Assembly (NCBI GenBank): GCA_965645245.1
Contig: OZ287070.1
Span: forward strand, 2,604,001 to 2,668,000
Length of the DNA: 64,000 nucleotides
From: Massalongia carnosa
Taxonomy: Eukaryota
Reading direction: 5' to 3'
Positions 11,545 to 22,873 of this stretch are shown piece by piece. Each line of letters begins with the position of its first letter. Position 1 is the first letter of the stretch. The notes beneath the pieces were generated by a model that had not been told where the DNA came from, did not search any database, and saw only the letters and a list, made by a program, of their open reading frames with translations. The translations under genes were made by a program, and so were the position numbers.

Positions 11545-14136
11545 TCAACCCTCATTTTCGCCGTCTCCATCTCTGACATCTCCCTCACCTCCCTGATTCT
11601 CTCGCGCATTCCGAGCACTTCTTCGAAGCCTTCGCGCACCTCGAGTCCCTCGAGTCTCCTGCGCATCCTGCGTCCCCCGCGTCCCCCGCGCATTTCCACC
11701 ACCTCGATCAGCTCGATCAGCTCGAGCTCTTCTGCCTCGCGCCCTTGTCGGGGCTGGATCCGCCCGACGAATGACCCGTTCCACATCCGCTGGCACCTCT
11801 TCATCTTCTGCCGTCTCCATAATAACTCGCTCGAATTGAGAAGGTTGTCGACCCGTAGAGGCATTGAAAGCTTGAGTTCTTCTGTTTTCCGCTCCCGAAG
11901 GTCGTCCACGAGGTCGAATAATGTCTGGTTCTTCCACTATCAGCAGATTGAAATCATTGGCGGGAGCGTTTCTTTCAAATCTCCAATGTGGATGAACGTC
12001 TTCCAGCAATAAACTTCCTTCGTCATACAATCTTTCCTGAATTCTATGACTGCAAGGCAGTCCGGTGCTGGTTGTAAAAGAATTCGTACATGCTGGCAGA
12101 GCCGTCGGTCTCCCGGTCAGTAAATCGTACTGAGAATTAATTCTTCTGATTGCCTTAGTACTGATGAATGGAGATATTTGCTGAAAAATTGATTTCCGAA
12201 GATCTAGCGGATATCGCGTTTTGTCCTCATTCAATTTGATCCAATAGTTATGATACTCGTTCATCAATAAAAGACTGATTCCGTCCACCACCGTTTTCAG
12301 ATCTCCGGCCGACGTTCCTAATTGACGTTTGCTCACTGCATGCCCTCCCTCACCTCGAGAAGTAGTGGTGCTGTCAAAATGCAGTACTCGATTGGTAAAG
12401 CATCTTACGAAATGCTGAACATGAGTAATGTAGGTGGTAGCCAGATATTCCACTACCTCATAGTCCTTGTATTTGATCGAAAACTGACCCCAGAGCTCCC
12501 ATAGTATGACTTCCGATGAGGCGTAAGTTATCGCTTTCCATTCCGCAAAGAAGGTGTCCCATTCTTCCTTGCTGAATTGTCTTTTGCAATTGGCGACGAC
12601 ATTCTTATTGATATGCCAAATGCAAAGCAGATGATTGGTACGAGGAAATTACGCACGAAGAGCAAGCATCAGACTTCTTTCCATGTCGGTGACAATGACG
12701 GTCGGATCTGGAAGCTCCATTTGCAAATATAGAGCTTTGACTTGCCTCAAAACCCAGGTGTAGTCAAATTTTGTCTCACTGGCCATGAAGCAAAAAGCCA
12801 CATAGAAATTGGTATGCAATGCGGTTTGACCGCTGATGATCAGAAGAGGCATTTTGTAGCGATTGGTTTTATAAGTGCAATCCATGATCAGAACCTCATA
12901 GTTGGACTTTAAAAAAGTTCGGGAACTTCCTTTTACAAAGAATAAATGAGTTATCTGATTGCGATCCTCCTCATTCTTTTGCATTTGATACAACCAATCG
13001 TCGCTCTGATCAAGCTCTCGAATCAATGCTTGTATGGGAGTCAACGGTCCCAAAGCCTCGCGACGAAGTTGAGCCTTGAGATTGTAGATGTCTCGAGGTT
13101 TGATCATGGGATTGACGACACGAGGATTGGCCGGATCGTCCCAATTGATTCCGGTGGTAAGATCAGGTATGCGCAGACTCGAAATCACTTTCGATGGAGC
13201 AGTCTGAACAGTTAGCTGACGCGATATCTCATCTTTTACCTCGGCGGTGATAGCCATCTTTCGATGCACTGGATGAGCCCCTGCCAAACTCGAGGCATGA
13301 TTATGTTCCGATTTGACCACTTCCAAAAACCAGATATTGAAGAAGGGTAGTCGTGCGTGCTAATGGAAGGTGGTGGTACGTGATGATAGATGGCGAACTG
13401 AGCAGTGAACACACACACACACACACACACACAAACGTCTGAATGGACCTACGACTGCATAGACATGAAAAGAACTCAACGACTGAACGACTGAACGACT
13501 AGTTGATGCACGAAATGAACGTGTGTCGATGACTACGTGACACGACGATGATGATGACAGCGTAGGTGATAGAAGATGATGTCTGGAGATGATGAAGAAA
13601 ACGCCAGCAAAAAACCCGTTTTATCCTCACACAGGCCTGCCATGTCACCTGACCATAGATGACACATGTCGCCCCACCACAATATCAGACTCTTTTTCCC
13701 GAATCACAATCATTGAAAAGGGACAAGCAATGGCTCTGCTGGCAGTATGACGACGACTTTGTCCGCGAGGTTCTCTCAATCTGCCTCCTCGATCGCAAAT
13801 CAACCAAGCTTTGCGCGTATTTCCATCCTTATTCTTCTTCGTACGAGCGAGAACAATTGCATAACCGCGCGGGCCAGCATGCTCATTGACTCGTTGAATC
13901 AAGTCTTCCAAAGACTCAAAGGATTGTCCTTCTTCCGGAGCAGCAAGAGGTGCTGAAGCTGACGAAGGGGGAGAAGCTGGCGGAGGGGGAGAAGCTGGCG
14001 GAGGGGGAGAAGCTGGCGGAGGGGGAGAAGCTGGCGGAGGGGAGGCAGATGCGACTCTTTCGAGGATGATGAGATTGGGAGCGGAAGAATTGGATTCGGT
14101 ATCAAAACCATTGAACGTGTCATCGGAAGATGACAT
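11545..14136 (-). pseudogene. MULE (FAR1/Mutator-type DDE) transposase
   Basis: Motifs DCTYKTNRYKMPL, VTDMER, LLCIWH, SRGEGGH, GLPCSH. Broken by a solo LTR (13338-13681) and one in-frame TAA at 12649. 18-bp PPPASP tandem repeat near 13965-14045. Confidence 0.9.
13338..13681. mobile_element. Solo LTR (344 bp) inside the MULE transposase
   Basis: TG..CA ends, ATAT on both sides (13334-13337, 13682-13685); removing it restores ..KESDIWFLEVVKSEHNH. Contains a (CA)n tract near 13409-13433. Confidence 0.85.
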
Positions 14137-16306
14137 TCTGCAGGAGTAAGAAGAAGGTTGCGGCGAAATTCCAAGATGCGACGAAATTTTGCGAAAGATG
14201 CAGCGAAATTTCAGGTGCGGCAAAATTTCGCGCCGCTTACCCTAATTGGGAAAGGGAAGGGGGCGGAAACTTTCCCTTTTGCGGTTACTTTTTCGGGGGT
14301 GTGAATGTATCCAAGTAGGGTGTTAAGGTAGCAAAGTAGGGTGTTAAGGTAGCTAATAGGGTGTACCCGTATCCGCACCCTATTTTTATTGCCGAGGCTC
14401 CGGTGGCTGCTCAGGGGCCGTCTTAGAAGCGAATGCTTCTTGGAGGGAGAGGATTAAGCGAGCGACTAGCCGACGAGTATTCGGACATGGTCTTGAGATT
14501 AGGGCTAGGATATGTATTAAACATGTTTATTGACTAACCCGATCGGGAAGTGTTTAATACGTGTCAGTTGGCCCAACTGATGTTTAATACGTGTCAGTTG
14601 GCCTAACTGACAGACACAGGGATTAGCTACAAGGGGGGAGGGGGGGGGGGCGGAAGAAGCGGGAAGATAGAAAGTGGGGAAAAGATACTTTATTTTGTTA
14701 GCAATTTGCGTACAATTTTATGTATCTCCTACTCTACTAGCTAGGTGTTTATCCAAGCTCTCGTCGCATCACCAAATATCGTTTGACTCGCCGGTCTTTT
14801 CGATGATGACATGGACGTATCAGATAAAGAGATCTCTTCTTGCAGTTGTGACGAAGCGAGATAGTGAATAGATTTCTACCATTGCGCCACCTGTCCTTCC
14901 CGACCAAAAGGCACAATACTTAGTCCGCAGACCAAGCTCTATTCTACTATAACTGGGTCTCCTGCTATGTTTGCTGTAGGTCCTGCCGTCCGCACCACGC
15001 TTGGTCGAACCGTTACAGCAGTAGTCTATCCTCCATCTCACAAAGATCCATCTCATTGATGTCGATGCCAGCAAACTGAAGCTTGCTTTTGAAATCTGTT
15101 GGCCGATTAAGAGTACGCTCATTCATGTAAATAAACATGAGTTTATCGACATTTATGGAATGTAGAGAGTTCCGACTTTTGGTCATGATCAAATTCATGA
15201 CCGACTAATTTCTTTCTGCCAGCACCGAATTAGCAGGCAGCATTATTACCTTTCTAGCTATGTTGCTGAGATCAAAAGCAAAGCTTCTGGAAAGGTTCCA
15301 AAACAGCTCCGAATCCGTTTGATATGTCCAGCATTCGGAGGCAGGATAAAAACCGTCTTCTTGATTTCGAAAAGAAAGCCTTTGCTTCTTCAACGTTCAG
15401 ATATTCAGCAAAGAATCTATGCATGATAGAGAAAAATGCCTGCGACGTGGATACTCCAATCACCTGAATGTTATGATTCTGAGGAACCAACAGAGCTGCT
15501 ACCACATGAAGTTCAGTTATTTGACTGAGATATCGATCTTCCCAAGTTATCTCTGCAATGTGATGCAAATCCATCTCAGAATCTTCATCCTCTTTGGCCA
15601 TTGTATATAGGTGAGATCGAAGCCTGTTCCAATTGGCAGTCACCGCGTACAGTTTATGCCCCTCGGCCTCGGACATGTATTGTGCTTTATGTATGGGATC
15701 AAGAATTTTCTGTACGATGGCCAGCTTTTTCCAAAACGAGAAGTCGTTGACGAATGTTCCTAAAGGATGACTTCTGCCCTGATCAATGCCCGGAGCATTT
15801 TGCTGAAAAATAATCCAAAATTGCCTGCTTGCTTTTTAGATTGAGTTCAAAAGGCCTACAGTCGTACCCCATCTGGTCAAAACGTTGAGAATCAGTGATT
15901 GACGTTGATTGTATGCCTTTGAAAGTTATAAATTAGCAATGACGTTTTGATGCCGCATTGAAATTTCATTCCTACTTACCTTCATCTGAAGATTCCATAG
16001 AATGGCCAATTCTTTATTCGATCCACGAAAAGCTATCACTATCGACTGAGCTTTTTGCATGATGTCTGCAAAAAAAGGAAGCTTCAAAATGTCTCCCAAA
16101 AGAAGCTGTAAACCGTGACTGTCGCAAGGAACGAAAAAGACGTGTCTCATCTCAGGAAACTTTCGAATTTCAGACCACATGGCCTTTATAGTAGAGCAAG
16201 TATCTGTTCCTATACAATTGACTCTCCAGAGCTGATTATTGGTCGCTTCTCTACAGCCTTTTATCATCCACTCAGCTTGAACAGCTGCAGTCATCGTCTC
16301 AGCGAT

Positions 16307-16868
16307 TGTAATAGCGCGGCAATACAGGACTGCGCTAGCTCCTGGGATGACTCACCCAAGAAGACCGGGTGACTGATAATCCGGATGCTTAGTCATGATA
16401 AGGCGGATAGCAATACTAAGCCATCAGCAATCAGCCTTACCAGTTTGTTAGGCAGCAACTGAAGCTATTCAGATAAGCCTCGATCTCATGGGAGGCCTGG
16501 GACGCCTAGGAGACCTCAGCTGAAGGCAACAAGGCTATCTGCTAGACCTCAGCTGAAGGCAACAAGGTTATCTGCTAGACCTTAGCTGAAGGCAGCAAGG
16601 CTATCTACTAGACCTCAGCTGAAGGCAACAAGGCTATCTGCTAGACCTCAGCTGAAGGCAGCAAGGCTATCTACTAGACCTCAGCTGAAGGCAACAAGGC
16701 AGACAGGTAACCAGACAAGTAGTTAGTAAATAGGACCCCAAGGGGTATATAGAAAGCTCGATTCCCATCTTCAGGGAATCAGCTTTTAGCTTTAGCACCT
16801 ACCAATCTATTAGCAGTCACACTGAGCATTATAACCCATAAGGACTAGTGTCTACTGTCCCTCTTATA
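16307..16868. mobile_element. Solo LTR (562 bp) inside the hAT transposase
   Basis: 5-bp TSD GCGAT (16302-16306, 16869-16873); starts TGTAA, ends TTATA (likely mutated TTACA); removing it restores ..KAMAGIAETMTAAVQ.. Confidence 0.88.
16511..16700. repeat. 33-bp tandem repeat, 5 full copies plus a partial copy, inside the solo LTR
   Basis: Unit AGACCTCAGCTGAAGGCAACAAGGCTATCTGCT, head to tail with no spacers. Confidence 0.95.
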
Positions 16869-17691
16869 GCGATGCCGGCCATTGCTTTTAAATGAAAGCC
16901 CCCCCCCTCGAGAGGTAGCTGATGAAGGGACATGACAACAGAGATTAATAACCCGTTCCTTCTTAATTTTGGCCGTTTCGTCGGTAAAGAAGTTGAGATA
17001 ACTGCAGGCATCTAACTGCTGATTTACTTTCAGTTTAACCGTCTCATAGGCGTCGTCCAATAATTTCCCGCCAACGAGCTTATGATGTGGAGGTTTATAT
17101 CCAGGATGCAGTGCTTGATGATGAGCAATCACATAGGGATTTTCGAAGTGGTTAAACGGAAGATCGGTCATAAAGACGGACATTGCAGCAGCGCGATGAG
17201 CATGCGCAACTTGGGCTTGATTTAAGGGACGAATCAAAGGGGTAATGGGCAATTGAATCAAAGATTTGCTGCTCCTAGAAGACGTCTCCTGCTGTCTTCT
17301 TTCTTGCACTTCTTGAAAGGCATTGCATGTCTGCAAATGCTGCTGACCCCTGGTAGCAACTTTGGCAGACTGATATCCGCAATGCGTACAACGATGCTGA
17401 GGGTATTTCATGCCTTCAATGATGACATCAACGAAATTCTCATCTACCAATGCATTTTTCGGTCGACCGCCAGAATGTCCAGATTGTCGAGACATGATCA
17501 ATGTATGTATAGAGATAATAGGAAGGTACCTCAAATTAGGTAGAAATGTCTAGTAATTTCAGGTATTGATCTATGAGAAAGATAAATTTGACATGCTTAA
17601 GTAATATTATACCAAAAAGACAGGGTCCAAGTCTACACGTGACGTATAATGCGTGTCAGTTGGCCCAACTGACGTATTTTTCCTAGCCCTA

Positions 17692-20600
17692 AAAACAGGA
17701 CTCGTGTGGAATTTCAGTGCAAGGATCTTCCACATCACAATCAACGAAACCTGATTCTGCCTCTATTCCGACATCAGCTGTCAAGGTGAACACGGGCTCC
17801 GGATCGGTTCCGAATTCAACTGAAGAGGCGAGATCGATCAAAACATCTTCTTCAGCGGGTGCGCAAGCTCTAAATGTTCAGAGTAGTCTCTGGGACATTA
17901 CGCTACAGAAACTATCATTAGAGGAGAGAGCGGCTGTTCAACAGACATCCTTGAATTCGAAACTAGAGATCGTGGAACAATTACACGGTGTTGTTCAGCA
18001 GAAACGAGATGAATGCCGCGAGAAACAATGGAAATTTCGTTTCCAAGGCCAAGAGATCATCCTTCGCGATTTAGCGGAGAAAATTATCTTTGGACTCAAA
18101 AAATTCAAGGAAATTGGAGACGTGGCGGTAAATTTTGATCCCGTTCATGCTGCGTTGCCATGGGCGGGAGTCAGGTTTTTGCTTCAGGTGAGATTGGATC
18201 TTCCTTTCACATGATCTTGAAAAGACCTAACTCTGGAAAAGATGGCGGTGGGAGAAAGCGAGTTGATGGCAGCTTTACTTATTGGCGGAGAGAAGGTGAC
18301 GCAACTTATCAATCGGTGCACAATATATGAACTCCTTTACCTTCCTTTGGATATCTCCGGACCGTTCAAACTTGCAATGGAGAACTTGAAAACGGCGTTG
18401 ACAGACTTGTATCTCGCTGTGTTAAGATTCCTTGCCCGTGCAAAGAAGGAATATGATAAAGGATCTGTATCTCGAACTCTGGGGAGTGTGTTGCATTCGA
18501 AAGTTCTCGAATTTGTTGAGAGTTGTAAGGACTTAGAAACCCAAGTAGATACGGAGGCAAGAAATTTGGATCGCATACAAGATCGGGAGGCAAGAAATTT
18601 GGATCGCATACAAGATCGGGAGGCAAGAAATTTGGATCGTATACAAGATCGGGAGGCAATTATGAAGCTAAAGAGCTTATTTGAAGACTTGCGAAGCCCA
18701 ATCTTGCACGTCGATGCTCGAGTGAGTGCTTTGAGCGATGAATATGAAGTGGACAAGCGAAGTAAAATACTCTCTTGGATATCCGACATTCCATACAAGG
18801 GCATCCATAATGTTGCTCGTAAAGGATGGACGAAGGGGACAGGAAATTGGCTGCTGGAGCATGACCGATATTTAAAATGGCGTGCGTCTAGCGCATCTAC
18901 AATATTATGGCTGCACGGAATGCGTAAGTGTATATACAATATCTAGCATTTCTTACTAACTGGGTCCATCAGCTGGCGCTGGCAAAACTAAACTTGTGTC
19001 AACAGTTGTCGATGATCTGACTAAAAGTTTTGCTCAGCAATCGAATGACGAGGCGCTGGCCTACTTTTATTGCGATCGCAATCAGCCTAATCGTCAAGAC
19101 CCAGCAGTGATCATGAGCAGCTTCGTGCGGCAATTATCGGGAGTCGAAAGCAGCAACACGATTCAACGTCCGATCGTTCAAAGGTATGAAATAGAGCAAA
19201 AAAATGGCTTTGCCTCAGGAGTGCTCAAGATTGAGGAAAGTTTTAATCTTCTACTTCAGCTGATTGAAATTTATCCTCAAATCACGCTAGTTGTGGACGC
19301 TTTAGATGAGTGCAACAAGGAAACGAGGGCCTCTTTCATGGAAAGTTTAGACATCTTGGTCAGCGGCAAGTCTTCTAACTTGGTAAAAATTTTCATCTCG
19401 AGCAGGCCAGACCTAGATATCAAACACCGATTTAGTGATGGACCAAACATGGAAATCAGGGCAACGGATAATGAGAAGGACATAGCAATGTTTGTTGACG
19501 ATAAGATCAAAGATAAAAAGGAATGGTATTGCAAGATAAGTTCCGAACTTAGAGAGCTCATCTCCGAGACTTTGGTGAGCAAAAGTGACGGAATGTAAGT
19601 TTCTATAACTGTCGGCCACTAGCATTGATTTATAACAGTAGAATAGGTTTCAGTGGGCGTCTCTGCAGATTATTCAACTACATAAACTTCCGCCCCGTAG
19701 ACGCGATATTGAAGAGCGACTAGGCAAACTTCCGAAGGACCTTGATGCGGCATATGACGAAATATATCGCAGAATTAAGGGTCAAGAGGGAAGTGTGCCC
19801 GAAATTGCCAATCGTGCATTTCAATGGATCATGTATTCCAAAGTCCCCTTATCGCCAGAAGCATTAGTCGCTGGGGTTTGTCAAGATCCCAACACGGACG
19901 TTGTCGACGCTGTCGATGTCGATATCGATTCTGTTCTCGACGCTTGTCAAAACATAATCGTCGTTGATTCTCAGCTTCATATCTGCCGATTTTCCCACTT
20001 ATCAGTTCAAGAATATCTGGAAAGACACTGGGGATACTATGGTGCGAATGCTCTGATAGCGAAAGTATGTTTGTCTTTGTTGAATGATCCAGTTCAACAA
20101 AAACGGGATACCGAATTGCAAGACGAAAAAAAAGAACTCGACGACATTATTCGCTACGCAAGATTCTGTTGGGCAGATCACGTACAAAACCACGATAAAG
20201 AAAAGATTGATTCTCGTTTATCGGCTATTTTGAAGCAATTCCTTGGATCCTTCAATGAAAGCAGCCCAGCGTACAAGAGTTGGCATGAAATAATAGAAAA
20301 GGACAAAAATGGGAGAGCTTATAATTATATGCAGGTGTTTCATACTAGTCTGGTATATAAAGTTTTTGATAATATTAGTCCATCTACATTAACTTTACTG
20401 GCAATATCAGCGTTCGGATTCAACAATATCATATTCGATTGGTGGGAAATGGCTGTTTTCGATGTCGACACATACAATAACAATAATGAATCATTATTGC
20501 ATATTGCCAGTCGATACGGTCATCTTTCCATTATCATTATTTTATTGAAGAAAGAAGCTGACGTGAACGCGCAAGGCGGAAAGTATGGCAACGCGCTGCA

Positions 20601-22191
20601 GGCGGCATCGTCCGAAGGTCACGAGAAAATCGTGCAGTTGCTGTTGAACAACGAAGCGGACGTGAACGCGCAAGGCGGAGAGTATGGCAACGCGCTGCAG
20701 GCGGCATCGTCCGGAGGTCACGAGAAAATCGTGTAGTTGCTGTTTAACAACGAAGCGGACGTGAACGCGCAAGGCGGAGGGTATGGCAACGCGCTGCAGG
20801 CGGCATCGTTGCGAGGTCACGAGAAAATCGTGCAGTTGCTGTTGAACAACGAAGCGGACGTGAACGCGCAAGGCGGAGAGTATGGCAACGCGCTGCAGGC
20901 GGCATCGTCCGAAGGTCACGAGAAAATCGTGCAGTTGCTGTTGAACAACGAAGCGGACGTGAACGCGCAAGGCGGAGAGTATGGCAACGCGCTGCAGGGG
21001 GCATCGTTCGGAGGTCACGAGAAAATCGTGCAGTTGCTGTTGAACAACAAAGCGGACGTGAACGCGCAAGGCGGACACTTTGACAATGCGCTGCAGGCAG
21101 CATCGTGGAACGATCACGAGAAAATCGTCCAATTGCTGTTGAACAGCGGAGCGGATATAAACGCGCAAGGCGGACACTTTGGCAACGCGCTGCAGGCGGC
21201 ATCGTACGGAGGTCACGAGAAAATCGTGCAATTGCTGTTGAACAACGAAGCGGACGTGAACGCGCAAGGCGGACTCTTTGGCAATGCGCTGCAGGCGGCA
21301 TCGTACGAAGGTCACGAGAAAATTGTGCAATTGCTGTTGAACAACGAAGCGGACGTGAACGCGCAAGGCGGAGAGTATTGCAACGCGCTGCAGGCGGCAT
21401 CGTACGGAGGTCACGAGAAAACCGTGCTGTTGCTGTTGAACAACGAAGCGGACGTGAACGCGCAAGGCGGAGAGTATGGCAACGCGCTGCAGGGGGCATC
21501 GTCCCGAGGTCACGAGAAAATCGTGCCACTGCTGTTGAATAACGAAGCGGACGTGAACGCGCAAGGCGGAGGGTATGGCAACGCGCTGCAGGGGGCATCG
21601 TCCCGAGGTCACGAGAAAATCGTGCAACTGCTATTGAACAACAAAGCTGACGTGAACGCGCAAGGCGGAGGGTATGGCAACGCGCTGCAGGGGGCATCAT
21701 CGAGAGGTCACGAGAAAATCGTGCAGTTGCTGTTGAACAACGAAGCGGAAGTAAATGACAGCGCGCTGCAGAAGGCATGCATATATGGTCAAGCGAAGGT
21801 AATATAGTTGTTGTTGAAAAGTGGAGCGCAAGTTAACGACAAGTTGCTGGTAATGACACTGTCGGAAGGTCACATAAGGATAATACAGAACAGATTGGTG
21901 GAAAAATGGGAAATTAACGATATTGTATTACTGACTACATCATGGAGATATCACGAGAATGCAGTGCAGTTTTTGTTGAATAACCGGGTGAACGTCAATG
22001 ACAGCTCGCTGCATGCATCGAGGGAATATTACAAGAAGACGATGTAGTGGTTGTTGGATGAAGTAGAGAACATGAACGTGGAAGAGGATGAAGGAGAGAA
22101 CATAAACGTGGAAGACAGCTCGCTGCAGGCATTGAGGAAATCTCACGAGAGGGTCTTACAGTTGCTGGAGGCAGCCATGAAATCTTCCTGA
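17692..22191 (+). pseudogene. 5'-truncated NACHT-ankyrin NLR paralog (copy 1)
   Basis: Inverted copy of 25627-31086. Lacks the promoter and first 71 coding nt. Introns 18188-18241, 18924-18972, 19595-19646. In-frame TAG at 20734, 21805 and 22045. Confidence 0.93.
20554..21741 (+). repeat. Ankyrin array of copy 1: 12 x 99 bp
   Basis: Units [33 protein letters not shown] counted from the translation. Confidence 0.96.
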
Positions 22192-22873
22192 TATCAAGTC
22201 CTTCATCAATCATTATTACAACGGCGATGTTTCATATACAGTTGCTTTCAAATCAGTCTCCTATTTTCTTCTCGAGAGAAGTAGGCGCAGCGCGAGACAT
22301 TTTTTGAGAACGCAGGAGCTTGTAATTGAGAAATCCTAGCGTAGCAGATTAGCATTACTTTCCTATCGTTCGGCCTGCTTGATTTCTGGCCATTTCTCCT
22401 TGAAGGTTTATTTTTTTTCGCATTGAACTTTTCATGAGGACTAGGAGCAAAAGAAAGAGGCAGTTTTTAATGTTTTATCTAATGTAGTTCAGAAATCGAA
22501 TATAATAATTCGGCTAGGGCGAAAGGTAATGCCGGGACCGAGTGGAGGCAGGCCGTGGATAGCCGACGAAGGCCAAAGGTCGAAGGAGGACTGATGCCCA
22601 AAATAGTTGGACAAGCAAGGGAGAGAAAAGGGCATAAATAGGCCTTTTGGCACTCTTCTCCTCATCATCACCATTGATTCGGAGTTCAGCACCAAAAGGT
22701 CTTTTGCCCACTCACCCACTCCCTGAATCAGCCGCATAGGTAGATGGAGTTTTTCAGAGTTGCCCAAACATAGATAGAAATTATGTATATGTTCAGCTGA
22801 CACGATAGAGCCCGCGAATTACATATCTCTGGCCAAAATCGTGAGAGTTCGAGAAATCAATCTTGGAATTAAC

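Larger units (their letters stand above)
11234..14382 (-). mobile_element. Mutator-like (MULE) DNA transposon with long TIRs, inactivated
   Basis: About 150-bp imperfect TIRs starting TAGGGT and ending ACCCTA; 8-bp TSD TTTTTATT (11226-11233, 14383-14390). Confidence 0.93.
14500..17691 (-). mobile_element. hAT-family DNA transposon, degenerate
   Basis: 11-bp TIR TAGGGCTAGGA / TCCTAGCCCTA; subterminal palindrome TCAGTTGGCCCAACTGA near both ends. Transposase fragments: BED-like finger (RCTHC..HLQTC), FFTDET, IGTDTC, VPCDSHGLQL, C-terminal PANSVLAERN..KSRNSL. Flanks show no TSD. Confidence 0.9.

Noticed and set aside
16511..16700. CRISPR-like array
   Set aside because: Units are contiguous with no unique spacers, lie inside a solo LTR, and there are no cas genes in this eukaryotic DNA.
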